IMG/VR virus record: IMGVR_UViG_3300011113_000787
Coordinates: 1 to 47,268 of that record
Source of the DNA: a virus
Lineage: Duplodnaviria > Heunggongvirae > Uroviricota > Caudoviricetes
Length of the DNA stretch: 47,268 bases
Direction: 5' to 3' (one strand)
A program made the translations under genes and the position numbers. The notes under the pieces are model-generated. The model was not told where the DNA came from, ran no database searches, and saw nothing but the letters and a program-made list of their open reading frames with translations. Shown piece after piece: positions 35,144 through 44,282 of this stretch; the stretch's first letter is position 1, and each line of letters starts with the position of its first letter.

Positions 35144-35389
35144 TTACCAAATTTGATTTGCAGCTCCTCTGGTAAGACCAGTTTCCCATTTTTCACCCGC
35201 TTTACCTAACATGTTAGCTTTACCTCTTTTCAAAGGATAGGAGTCAGCCCATTTTGGAGGTGCTTTACCCGTTCCACCTGTTGAACCACCTGAAGGTGCT
35301 GCGGCTTCCTGTTCTTTCATTTCGCCATCACGGCTTTTATCTGAATATTTTTGGAAAAACGATATAAGAAAATCTACGTCTAGAATCAT
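35144..35389 (-). CDS. small hypothetical protein
   Basis: Start likely at MILDV, just after TATTTAT. Confidence 0.65.
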   Translation of the reverse strand: MILDVDFLISFFQKYSDKSRDGEMKEQEAAAPSGGSTGGTGKAPPKWADSYPLKRGKANMLGKAGEKWETGLTRGAANQIW

Positions 35390-35437
35390 ATAAATAAATA
35401 TTTTTGATTTGGATAAAAAGTTCATACCTTTGTCTCT

Positions 35438-35980
35438 ATGAAAAAATATATCTTGTTTCTATTACCACTACTCTTATCGTGTGAGAAATATGTTACTGAA
35501 ATAAGTGACCTTACTTTGAGTGGGAAATATGTAGTATCCAAAATTACCTTGATTCAAACTTCTCAAGTCAATAGTTCAGATACTACTTTTCTTTCTGGTT
35601 CAGTTTTTCAAACCCCCTACCTTCCCGACCCATTTGATTCGATTAGAGTGGATAATTTTTACATACATTTCGATTATTCAACTGTGAGGATGGTTTGGCA
35701 CAATCGATATCAGAATGGACAAAGAGACAGATGGGAATATGGTGAGTCACCAAATGAAATTATGTTTTGGAGGGTTCCATATAGTTTTGATGCTTACACA
35801 ACTGGTAAAATTCAGTTTGACTATAAACCTAAAGATAGAAATTCATATGCACGAATTACCTTTCAGGTCGATAGCGACTTATTAGAGACTCTCCAACTCT
35901 CAGGTTTGGATTTTGCACCCTACGGTAAGGATGGTCCTCACTATAGAGTCATCCTTTCCTTGAATAGAGTTGGACCTTAA
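35438..35980 (+). CDS. lipoprotein
   Basis: MKKYILFLLPLLLSC lipobox; TACCTTTG at 35425-35432. Confidence 0.8.
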   Translation: MKKYILFLLPLLLSCEKYVTEISDLTLSGKYVVSKITLIQTSQVNSSDTTFLSGSVFQTPYLPDPFDSIRVDNFYIHFDYSTVRMVWHNRYQNGQRDRWEYGESPNEIMFWRVPYSFDAYTTGKIQFDYKPKDRNSYARITFQVDSDLLETLQLSGLDFAPYGKDGPHYRVILSLNRVGP

Positions 35981-36276
35981 TAAAATTCTGATTCAGGTAA
36001 TGATTCAGGATGGATTGTGTAGTATTCGTTGAGAAATGTTATAAGTTCGTCCTCGTCAAGTTCTACTTTTTCTTCGTCGATAAATGAATCGTCCTCGTCA
36101 TCTTCAAAGAAGTCAAATGTTTCTGTAACTAAATCGAATCCATATTCTTCAACTATTGAATAATCTATTTGGTCTACTCTTATAACCTCGTCATTATCTT
36201 CTATGGTCCTAAATGAAACCTCCATAATGTTGCTATCGCTATTCATGAAGTAGGACACAATTTCTTTAATTTCCAT
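35977..36276 (-). CDS. acidic hypothetical protein
   Basis: 99-aa Asp/Glu-rich ORF. Confidence 0.7.
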   Translation of the reverse strand: MEIKEIVSYFMNSDSNIMEVSFRTIEDNDEVIRVDQIDYSIVEEYGFDLVTETFDFFEDDEDDSFIDEEKVELDEDELITFLNEYYTIHPESLPESEFY

Positions 36277-36389
36277 ATGTAATTTTATATAACAAATATT
36301 ATTAAACCTGATAAAAGTCAGGTCAAATTTTTTATTTTACCATTTTTTTTCTGTGTATTTATGGTTAGATTTTATTAAACATTCAAATT

Positions 36390-36986
36390 ATGAGATTCAA
36401 TTCACTTACAATAGACGATTTTTACTCTAATCCGTTAGAGGTTAGAGAATTTGCACTTAAACAAGAATTCAAAGTACGAGGAAATTATCCAGGTCAAAGA
36501 ACAAAATCTTTTTTAAGTGATGGGTTAAAAAAGAGACTCAGAGATATTCTTTATCCATTTGCAGGAGAAATTACATATTGGGGTAGTGATGACCCTGAAA
36601 ACAATTACACAGGTTCTTTTCAATACACTGTAGCTGAAGATAGGTCATGGATTCATGCCGATTCACATACTGATTGGGCTGCGGTTTTATACCTAACACC
36701 TGACGCACCATTAAGTTCAGGTACTGGAATTTTCAGACACAAAGAAACAGGTTGGATGCATTACGACTACAAAAGAGAAAATGAACCAGGTTATAAAGAA
36801 TCTGCACCTCCTGGTGATGAAATGAGAGACTATACAAAATGGGAACTAGTTGATAGAATCGGAAATGTGTTCAATCGTCTTATCATGTACAGAGCAGATA
36901 ACTACCACGTATCATTGGATTACTTCGGTAAGAATTTGTATGATGGAAGATTGTTTCAGGTCTTTTTCTTCAACACGGAGCGTTAA
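36390..36986 (+). CDS. DUF6445-like 2OG-Fe(II) oxygenase-fold protein
   Basis: IDDFYSNP, NYPGQRT, IHAD, AAVLYL and FNRLIMY..YH. Confidence 0.7.
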   Translation: MRFNSLTIDDFYSNPLEVREFALKQEFKVRGNYPGQRTKSFLSDGLKKRLRDILYPFAGEITYWGSDDPENNYTGSFQYTVAEDRSWIHADSHTDWAAVLYLTPDAPLSSGTGIFRHKETGWMHYDYKRENEPGYKESAPPGDEMRDYTKWELVDRIGNVFNRLIMYRADNYHVSLDYFGKNLYDGRLFQVFFFNTER

Positions 36987-37402
36987 TCCGATTTTAGATT
37001 TGAAAGTAAATCAATATTCATTTCTGCTACGATATCCAAAATACCTGAGGTACAGAAACATTTTTCGGGGTGATGAGTTGAACTAACTAACCTTAAATGG
37101 TTAAAACCCAAAATTAACGGTACAAATTCGGAATTCTTATAAAGTTTCTGAATGACCAAGTTAGGGTCTAAAGATATCAAAAAATCAATAGCATCTTTAG
37201 TCGGTGTTTGAAACACAGGCAGTGGGAGTTTGGACATCAATTCTCTGAATTCGTGAAACCCATACGCGTCAGTAGAACCATCCAAAGGCTGTATTACCAA
37301 ACTTAAGTTTTCTCTTGATGATTTAAAAAACCAAAGCCAATACTCGTTCTGTAAACCAACCCTTCTAAAATCCGATGTTGATATTATTTCGTGTCTAATC
37401 AT
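36983..37402 (-). CDS. hypothetical protein
   Basis: ATGA-coupled to the oxygenase 37399..37998. Confidence 0.65.
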   Translation of the reverse strand: MIRHEIISTSDFRRVGLQNEYWLWFFKSSRENLSLVIQPLDGSTDAYGFHEFRELMSKLPLPVFQTPTKDAIDFLISLDPNLVIQKLYKNSEFVPLILGFNHLRLVSSTHHPEKCFCTSGILDIVAEMNIDLLSNLKSD

Positions 37403-37998
37403 CTTAAGTTTGCTCCGCACAACCAAGTTACCAAAGACTTTCTTAAACCTGAAGAAAGTGGAGTTACTCTATGTAAAACAAATGATGGGAAAAAACAAAT
37501 TAACCCTTTTCCTCTCGGAACATTTATAATACTACCACCAGTGTTCATCTGTAAATCACCTCCCTCGTATTCATCAGGATTTGATAATTGAAGAACGACT
37601 GAAAGTTTTCTATTGGAAATACCGACCCCGAGGTCTGCGTGCCAATCATAGTGACCACCGTTTCCGTAATATGTTGTGTATTGAAGGTCGTCTTGGAAAT
37701 CCCAAATATCAAAATTCCACATTTCTTCATTTGCCTTTATTGCCAAATCAGCAATTCTATCAAAGACCCAATCGGTTTTTGGGTTATTTGAAAGCCATGC
37801 AATATCACTGACTCTATATTCAGATTCTTGTTGGTTAGCTTCTTCTCCTATAGTAGTTGCCTTTATCTTGGGTTGAGCTTCACCAATTTCGATTATTTTT
37901 TCAATCTCTTGGTCGGTAAAGGCATTTGTGAAATAATAGTAATTGAAATGATTAACGTTATTTCTCTGATTTGATACGAATTTGTTGTTACTTGGCAT
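37399..37998 (-). CDS. 2OG-Fe(II) oxygenase (PKHD/prolyl-hydroxylase-like)
   Basis: YDWHAD (HxD), RKLS, YEGGDL, HRVTP (H) and RKSLVTW (R). Confidence 0.88.
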   Translation of the reverse strand: MPSNNKFVSNQRNNVNHFNYYYFTNAFTDQEIEKIIEIGEAQPKIKATTIGEEANQQESEYRVSDIAWLSNNPKTDWVFDRIADLAIKANEEMWNFDIWDFQDDLQYTTYYGNGGHYDWHADLGVGISNRKLSVVLQLSNPDEYEGGDLQMNTGGSIINVPRGKGLICFFPSFVLHRVTPLSSGLRKSLVTWLCGANLR

Positions 37999-38051
37999 GT
38001 CTTTGATTTATTACTTCAAGTTTAACTTGGTTTACCTATATTTTCAATAGT

Positions 38052-39029
38052 ATGGTACAAAAAAAATTAGTATTCGATGTTGTTTTTATAACTGATGATG
38101 AGGCGGTTTTTGAACTAAGGTTTCAAAAAGTACGTGAAAGTGTGGACTATTTTTTAGTCTTTGGGACTGAAAATAGTTTGAAAAAAATTGGAAAATATTA
38201 CCCCGAAGACTATTCTAAAATCAAAACGTTTACATTAGAAGAAAATTTTTCTCAGAAATCAAACGAAGCAGATTTAATCTCAACTTTGATTCTCGATACT
38301 ATTAAAGAGATTTACAGTTCTTTTGAGGATTTGATATTCTTTTCTTTTTCTAACGAAATACCTGATTTATCATCTTTAGATGAGATGGATATAAAATCGA
38401 AAGAAGTAATTTTTTTAATCAGCGATGTTTATGAAGGTGATTTTAATAGAAAAAGGAAATATTCAGAACTTGGTTCTGTATTAGTTAATTTTAGTTATTT
38501 ACTCAAAAACAAAAAAAATTTTCTACATGAAATTTTCAATTTCAAATTTAACATTAAAGCACAGGATTTAGGAGTTAAAAATGGTTTTAAAATTTTAAAT
38601 TTTAAAACAAATGGCAATGACCTACCTGACTTTTATGTGTGTCCTTTTTCAGGAAGGTATGTAGAATACAAGTTTGACCGAAATCAAAGAAAATTCGTTT
38701 TCTTTTGTGAGGTAGACAAAGAGGATGTAGATAGTGATTTTATTTTCAAATTAAAATTTGTAAAAAAATTTCCCGAAAAAAATATTATAGATTTAAAAAA
38801 TAAAATACAAAACCTCGAGATTTTTATACCTGAAACCCCGTTGTATTTTACAAACTTGTCTGATTTTCAATCCAACTACAAAATTAATTCTATCTTTAGA
38901 GTTTTATCGATTTTCGATTGTAAAGACGGAGATGATATAGAAATATTTTTGGAAGATGGCTCAGTAAAAAAATTGAAATATAATGAAATAAAAAACCCCT
39001 CTTTTAGGGAGGGGTTCAAATTATTTTAG
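38052..39029 (+). CDS. hypothetical protein with degenerate GT17-like N-terminus
   Basis: FDVVF...ELRF...VDYFLV resembles the GT17 start; very AT-rich. Confidence 0.45.
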   Translation: MVQKKLVFDVVFITDDEAVFELRFQKVRESVDYFLVFGTENSLKKIGKYYPEDYSKIKTFTLEENFSQKSNEADLISTLILDTIKEIYSSFEDLIFFSFSNEIPDLSSLDEMDIKSKEVIFLISDVYEGDFNRKRKYSELGSVLVNFSYLLKNKKNFLHEIFNFKFNIKAQDLGVKNGFKILNFKTNGNDLPDFYVCPFSGRYVEYKFDRNQRKFVFFCEVDKEDVDSDFIFKLKFVKKFPEKNIIDLKNKIQNLEIFIPETPLYFTNLSDFQSNYKINSIFRVLSIFDCKDGDDIEIFLEDGSVKKLKYNEIKNPSFREGFKLF

Positions 39030-40181
39030 AACTTTCATTCTTATCATCATTTCAGTGATTTTGTTTTTTTGTTTTTCAAAAGACTCTTTTAAATCTTCAT
39101 CAATTTCATCCCAATCACCCGTGTAAGCCTTGATTTCTTCCCACGATGAATCTTCTGGATTAAATTTCTCAATATCCAAGTCGAGTTCATCAGGTGCCAA
39201 ATCTTTCTGCCAATAAACATCATCTTCAGCGGTATCATCATTTGACGACCCACCCCAGCTTGAAGTTTGGTATGGTCCAGCACTTCCTGGTCCTTTTGAA
39301 TCGAAATCAAAGGCAGGTTCCATATCACCATAAATTCCTTGTACTCCTGAGATATCAGTTTCTTCTAATTCATCTGACCAAGCAGATTCCATAGTTTCGT
39401 AGTCACAATCTAAACACTCGTCTTCTTCCATTTCTCCCTCAGGGAAGACATCCATGGGGCCGTTACTAACAAAATCGTAGGCTGGTTCAACATTACTGAT
39501 GTCCATATCAGGAGCATTTCCACCGCCAGTATAGCCTTGTTCGTACATTTCACTTGAATCGATTTCCAAGTCATCTGTTCCCACGACTTCATCATCTTCG
39601 TTGTCTGGGTCTTCAAAGTTATCAACATAATCATCTTCTTCTTGTTCATTTTTTATTCCCTTCATGTGGTGCATTTTTTCGAATGTACCGTACTTGTTTC
39701 CACCGCCTTGAACATAATCAAATTCTGCATTACCTAAGTCTTCAACGTCGTAGATATCATCAAGATGACCTGTTTCATCCAATGATTCCATTTTATATCC
39801 ACACTCAGTACACTCACCCTCGTTCATTGAGCCACCGCATTCAGAACACATCATCTCTTCTTTTTCCTCCATAGTACCAACCTCACCTTTCCATCCACAC
39901 TCCATACATTCACCTTCACTCATTTGCATTGCCCCGCATTCATCACAAACTTCTTTTTGAACTTGTTCGTTGATTCCCATATTGGTATAAGGCTTAACAA
40001 CACCTTTGTTATTGATAACTGCACCAACTTTATCTTTTGCAAAGTCTTGTACGTACAATGGTTGTTGATTTGATACATTTGGTTGTAGAGTTCTGTATCC
40101 ATCATAGAGTGTTCTGTGTTGAGACAAGATATCATTCTTTTCATCTTGACTCAATCTATTTGTTGCAAAGTATGCGTTCAT
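39021..40181 (-). CDS. highly acidic protein with tandem CxxC zinc-ribbon modules, probable late/virion protein
   Basis: CDECG..EGECMECG and CSECG..EGECTECG; TATTTATA upstream. Confidence 0.7.
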   Translation of the reverse strand: MNAYFATNRLSQDEKNDILSQHRTLYDGYRTLQPNVSNQQPLYVQDFAKDKVGAVINNKGVVKPYTNMGINEQVQKEVCDECGAMQMSEGECMECGWKGEVGTMEEKEEMMCSECGGSMNEGECTECGYKMESLDETGHLDDIYDVEDLGNAEFDYVQGGGNKYGTFEKMHHMKGIKNEQEEDDYVDNFEDPDNEDDEVVGTDDLEIDSSEMYEQGYTGGGNAPDMDISNVEPAYDFVSNGPMDVFPEGEMEEDECLDCDYETMESAWSDELEETDISGVQGIYGDMEPAFDFDSKGPGSAGPYQTSSWGGSSNDDTAEDDVYWQKDLAPDELDLDIEKFNPEDSSWEEIKAYTGDWDEIDEDLKESFEKQKNKITEMMIRMKVLK

Positions 40182-40262
40182 AAAGAATTATTTTCTATAA
40201 ATACCAAAAAAATCTGAATTTTCCATTTTACAATACCCAAATTAATTGATAGTATTGATTAG

Positions 40263-40337
40263 ACAGGTTTAGTTCGATTCATTGATAAAGTATCTTGGTA
40301 ATTTACTTATCGCCATTTGAACTGACCTGTTTTTTTT
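40263..40337 (+). ncRNA. long imperfect hairpin plus U-tract in a divergent intergenic region (candidate sRNA/terminator)
   Basis: Stacked ACAGGT/ACCTGT, AGTTC/GAACT and GATAA-AGTA/TACT-TATC stems. Confidence 0.4.
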
Positions 40338-40378
40338 ATTATAAATTTTCATATCTTTGTTATCTAAACAATTAAAAC

Positions 40379-40594
40379 ATGCAGACACTTATTTTCAACA
40401 CAACTACAAAATCAATTAAGGTTTACGAAAACTACACATCAGATAACCAAAAAATCCTTATGGAAATGGGAAGCATCCCCACTGTAAAGGTTTGTGAAGG
40501 ATTCTACGAGGTAATCCAAAGCGATGAGTTCGAGAAAAAATTTCCCGTGCTTCGTTTACCAATTTCAAACACAAACATGGTGATTACAAAATAA
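40379..40594 (+). CDS. hypothetical protein
   Basis: TATCTTTG at 40352-40359; first gene of an operon. Confidence 0.7.
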   Translation: MQTLIFNTTTKSIKVYENYTSDNQKILMEMGSIPTVKVCEGFYEVIQSDEFEKKFPVLRLPISNTNMVITK

Positions 40595-40598
40595 AAAA

Positions 40599-40802
40599 AT
40601 GGACAACAGACTCACTGAAATATTTGAAAACACGATTCCTCATAGTTCTTTTTTAAGTGAAAGAGCAATTATGAGTTGTATGTACCAATCCTATAATTTA
40701 GGTATTGAAGACGTATTGGAATGGTTGAAGAAAAATGAGCACTTGTCCGACAACATAAATTATTTAATCGAAGAATTTCAAAATCAAAGAAATCCAAGAT
40801 GA
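40599..40802 (+). CDS. hypothetical protein
   Basis: 67 aa; ATGA coupling to the next gene. Confidence 0.7.
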   Translation: MDNRLTEIFENTIPHSSFLSERAIMSCMYQSYNLGIEDVLEWLKKNEHLSDNINYLIEEFQNQRNPR

Positions 40803-40963
40803 GCATCACAAATGAGGAAATAATTGATGAAATATTACATGAAGCCCATAAATATGGACTTCGTAAGGAGGTAATTGATACCGCAAAAGAAATTCTATTA
40901 TCTAATCCAAAATTAGACAGAGTTTCTGCATATGAACAAGCATTTCAAGAATGGGTAAAATGA
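40799..40963 (+). CDS. 54-aa hypothetical protein MSITNEEIIDEILHEAHKYG...
   Basis: Manual translation; ATGA overlaps at both ends. Confidence 0.7.
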   Translation: MSITNEEIIDEILHEAHKYGLRKEVIDTAKEILLSNPKLDRVSAYEQAFQEWVK

Positions 40964-41172
40964 AAGAATTAGATTTACATGGAATATTTCATAGAGATGT
41001 AAGGGACAAAGTTGAAAATTTTGTTCTCTTACACTCTACTGAACTTCCTGTAAGGATTATCACAGGTGACTCACTTAGAATGAGGAATTTGACTATAAAC
41101 ATTCTTAATAAACATAAATTTTCCTACGACCTACCAGCACATAACCCTGGTGAAATTATAGTATTATCATGA
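40960..41172 (+). CDS. stand-alone Smr (small MutS-related) domain protein
   Basis: MKELDLHG...VRIITG motifs; start at 40960 via ATGA overlap. Confidence 0.75.
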   Translation: MKELDLHGIFHRDVRDKVENFVLLHSTELPVRIITGDSLRMRNLTINILNKHKFSYDLPAHNPGEIIVLS

Positions 41173-42266
41173 ATACCATAGACAAGAAATATCAAGACCT
41201 ACTGCTCCACATCCTTCGTGAAGGTGTTGTGAAAAAAGATAGAACAGGTACAGGAACCAAATCAATTTTTGGTTATCAAATCCGTCATAACATGAGGGAA
41301 GGTTTTCCATTACTCACAACGAAAAAAATGGCATGGAAAACTATGGTAACTGAATTACTTTGGTTTTTACGTGGTGATACTAACATCAAGTATTTGGTTG
41401 ATAATGGTTGTAACATTTGGAATGGTGATGCTTATAAAAATTATTTGAACATTACTAAACGTGAATTCGAACTAAATTCAGCGATGTCGGGTCATCCTCA
41501 TTTCAACCTCAAATCTGTAGATGAGTTCATAGATAAAATCAAAACTGATGTGAGGTTTGCTAAAGAATATGGTGGGTTAGGTCCAATTTATGGCAAACAA
41601 TGGAGACAATGGCAAGGTTGGATGACCACTTCAAAAGGTGAAATGGGCTCATTGTGGTTCGACCAAATTCAAAGATTAGTCCACATGTTGAGAACAGAAC
41701 CTGATTCAAGAAGACTTATGGTTAATGCTTGGAATGTTGGTGAATTAGATGAAATGGTTTTACCTCCATGCCATTATGGGTTTCAAGTATATACAAGAGA
41801 ACTTACATACAGTGAAAGATACAGTTTGTGGTTTTCTAAAAATTACGAAACGGGGATGGAATACGATGAAACAATTATTCCTGATTTTGATAATGACTAC
41901 TACACAAAAACACCTACTAGAGCAATATCTTTGATGTGGAATCAAAGGTCTGTTGATACATTCTTAGGATTACCATTCAATATTGCCTCTTACGGACTAT
42001 TACTAACCTTATTAGGAAAGTTAGTCAACATGGTTCCCGACGAATTAATCGGTAATTTGGGCGACACCCATTTGTATCTGAATCACATTGAACAAGCAAG
42101 AGAACAAATTGAAAGAAAATCATTCGAATTACCAAACGTGAGATTGAATTTTGATTTTCAATTTAATGACGGATATCTTGTTGCTTGGGAAAAAATTGGT
42201 GTTGATAATATTCAATTATTGAACTACAACTCTCATTCACCTATAAAGGCACCTTTGAGTAACTAG
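41169..42266 (+). CDS. thyA: thymidylate synthase
   Basis: DRTGTGT, FPLLTTKK, LGPIYGKQWR, SRR, LPPCH, QRSVD, GLPFNIASY and GDTHLY. Confidence 0.95.
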   Translation: MNTIDKKYQDLLLHILREGVVKKDRTGTGTKSIFGYQIRHNMREGFPLLTTKKMAWKTMVTELLWFLRGDTNIKYLVDNGCNIWNGDAYKNYLNITKREFELNSAMSGHPHFNLKSVDEFIDKIKTDVRFAKEYGGLGPIYGKQWRQWQGWMTTSKGEMGSLWFDQIQRLVHMLRTEPDSRRLMVNAWNVGELDEMVLPPCHYGFQVYTRELTYSERYSLWFSKNYETGMEYDETIIPDFDNDYYTKTPTRAISLMWNQRSVDTFLGLPFNIASYGLLLTLLGKLVNMVPDELIGNLGDTHLYLNHIEQAREQIERKSFELPNVRLNFDFQFNDGYLVAWEKIGVDNIQLLNYNSHSPIKAPLSN

Positions 42267-42886
42267 TTTCTGTTACCCATAGCAGACAATGCAATATACA
42301 GACCCAAGATTCTTTGAGCAAAATTCCTTGCATATCTGTTGACTTGGTCCATATTATCAAGGTCTTTGTTATTTTTTTCCATATACTTTATAACACCTTG
42401 AATAATTTTGTTTTTTGATTCGTCTGCGTCTTGCAAAACCGCTTGGAAATCCTCGTCTTCCTCTCTACCTTCACCGTAATAACGGTCAATATGTTCACTA
42501 CCAGAATAAAGTAAGGGGGATGCACCATACATGTTAACAATACCACTATCTCTTACTTTATATAGAAATTGTTCTAACCATCTCCAATCAAAATTCTCGA
42601 AAACATCTGCATTTTGAGTCATATAATCCCAAGTGCTATCACGTTGTTCTTGGATATTTTCCTCAGACTTAACTTTTTTCCAAGCATCTGTTGATGTGAT
42701 TAATCCCAAAGTACTTCCATTTTCCCACTTAACGGAAATGATTTTCTCGTCAGGAGACTCGAATGGGTCTCTTGAAATTTTTACAACAACTCCGATTGTT
42801 CCAGGAGGGACTGCAGTCTCTTTTTCCATGTGTAATAAAATTATTACATCACCTACTTTAAGTTCAGGATTTAACGGACCTTTCAT
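42263..42886 (-). CDS. DUF4314-like plus DUF5049-like fusion protein
   Basis: LKVGDVI...VPPGTIGVV...VKWENGSTLGLI followed by KVRDSGIVNMY. Confidence 0.55.
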   Translation of the reverse strand: MKGPLNPELKVGDVIILLHMEKETAVPPGTIGVVVKISRDPFESPDEKIISVKWENGSTLGLITSTDAWKKVKSEENIQEQRDSTWDYMTQNADVFENFDWRWLEQFLYKVRDSGIVNMYGASPLLYSGSEHIDRYYGEGREEDEDFQAVLQDADESKNKIIQGVIKYMEKNNKDLDNMDQVNRYARNFAQRILGLYIALSAMGNRN

Positions 42887-42919
42887 ACTAATAAATATAA
42901 CTGGAGTATTTATAATCGT

Positions 42920-43543
42920 ATGGAATTTTTAATTAGTCAATCACAACTTCAATTAATATTAAATGAACAGAGAGGAGATGATAATATCTCAGATTCTTTA
43001 AAAAGAATGAAGTCATTTACCAATAATATGGTTGGTAAAGTATTGAAGACTTATGATATCAATCTCAAGATGTTTTTAACTTGGGGTACTTCTATTGCTG
43101 GATTAGTAATGCCCTTGAATGAATTCTTGAAATCAGGTAATCTACAACTTAATGAAAATGAGAGATACTTGGTTCTTTGTGGTGTTGCTTTTTTAATATT
43201 TTTTGAGGGTAAAAGAGGTATACAAAAATTGTTAATGAAAATTAAGGAAGAGGGGTTGGAAGAAGCTTTTGATGCAACTATTTTGAAAGCTTATCAACTG
43301 AAAGACGCTTTTACCGATTTTTTACGTTCTACAAAAATTATATCAAGCCAATTTTTGGAAATAATCTCATACGCATTTTTAATTCCTATAATAGGGGACA
43401 TACAAGGGTTAGTGGCAAATACAACAGATTTGAAATCAGCTGCAATTATGGTTGCCGAAAGATTAATCGCTTCAGGTGCAATTTTACTTTCTCGTGAGGC
43501 CCTTCTTAATTTAGTCAGAAAACTAATCAAGAGATTGGGATAA
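42920..43543 (+). CDS. hypothetical protein with hydrophobic helices, probable late protein
   Basis: TATTTATA at 42907-42914; LILNEQ leader. Confidence 0.7.
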   Translation: MEFLISQSQLQLILNEQRGDDNISDSLKRMKSFTNNMVGKVLKTYDINLKMFLTWGTSIAGLVMPLNEFLKSGNLQLNENERYLVLCGVAFLIFFEGKRGIQKLLMKIKEEGLEEAFDATILKAYQLKDAFTDFLRSTKIISSQFLEIISYAFLIPIIGDIQGLVANTTDLKSAAIMVAERLIASGAILLSREALLNLVRKLIKRLG

Positions 43544-44282
43544 AGAAATCTGGTAAGATTCTGTTGTAATTTTCTTTTTGGTTTACTTTGACTCCGTTTA
43601 ATTTACTCACTCTAATCGAAATTTGAGCATATACGTCATCAACCAAATCAATTTTTGTATCAGGTGAAATCACTTCATAAATATAATCTTCCATTTTAGG
43701 TAAAAACCAATCTCTATCAACTAAAAGACTCCAAAGGGTTCCTGCGACTTCATCAAGTTTTTCGGGATTTGGAATCACAGGTGTTTTGTCTATTTCAAAA
43801 TCTGAAAGTTCCATTTTCATATAAAAATTGACGTTTTCATGGATTCCGTCATATGGGGTTTTATCCCAACTTAATCTGCAACTCATATCCAAAGTCTTTT
43901 CACCCTCAAAAACTGTAATACCAATCCTACCGAATTCTTCGTTACATTTTTTGATAATCTTACTTAAAGATTCTTTATTAATGAATGTAAAACTATCGTC
44001 GAATAATTCTTTGTCGTTTACATCCATCACAATAGTGTATGAATAAGTTTTTCCAATAAATTTATAGGCTTCAAAAATTTGTTCTTGAATTAAACTATCC
44101 AATACCTGAGCAATGTATGATTGGTTCTCTTCAGGTAAAATGACGTTAACATTGAATCTAAATGCGTCCGCAAAACTATCTTCAATTTCAATATCAAAGT
44201 ATTGAAATATAATTCCTTCAGATTCAATTGGTTCTTTAAAGTACTTTTGTAAAAATTTTAATATCCCTTCTAATTCATTCAT
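43527..44282 (-). CDS. acidic hypothetical protein
   Basis: 251-aa ORF. Confidence 0.7.
   Translation of the reverse strand: MNELEGILKFLQKYFKEPIESEGIIFQYFDIEIEDSFADAFRFNVNVILPEENQSYIAQVLDSLIQEQIFEAYKFIGKTYSYTIVMDVNDKELFDDSFTFINKESLSKIIKKCNEEFGRIGITVFEGEKTLDMSCRLSWDKTPYDGIHENVNFYMKMELSDFEIDKTPVIPNPEKLDEVAGTLWSLLVDRDWFLPKMEDYIYEVISPDTKIDLVDDVYAQISIRVSKLNGVKVNQKENYNRILPDFFIPIS

Noticed and set aside
41169-42266. dCMP hydroxymethylase or intron-split thyA
   Set aside because: It has the dUMP-specifying Asn (PFNIASY) and a continuous reading frame; the insertions are in-frame protein loops
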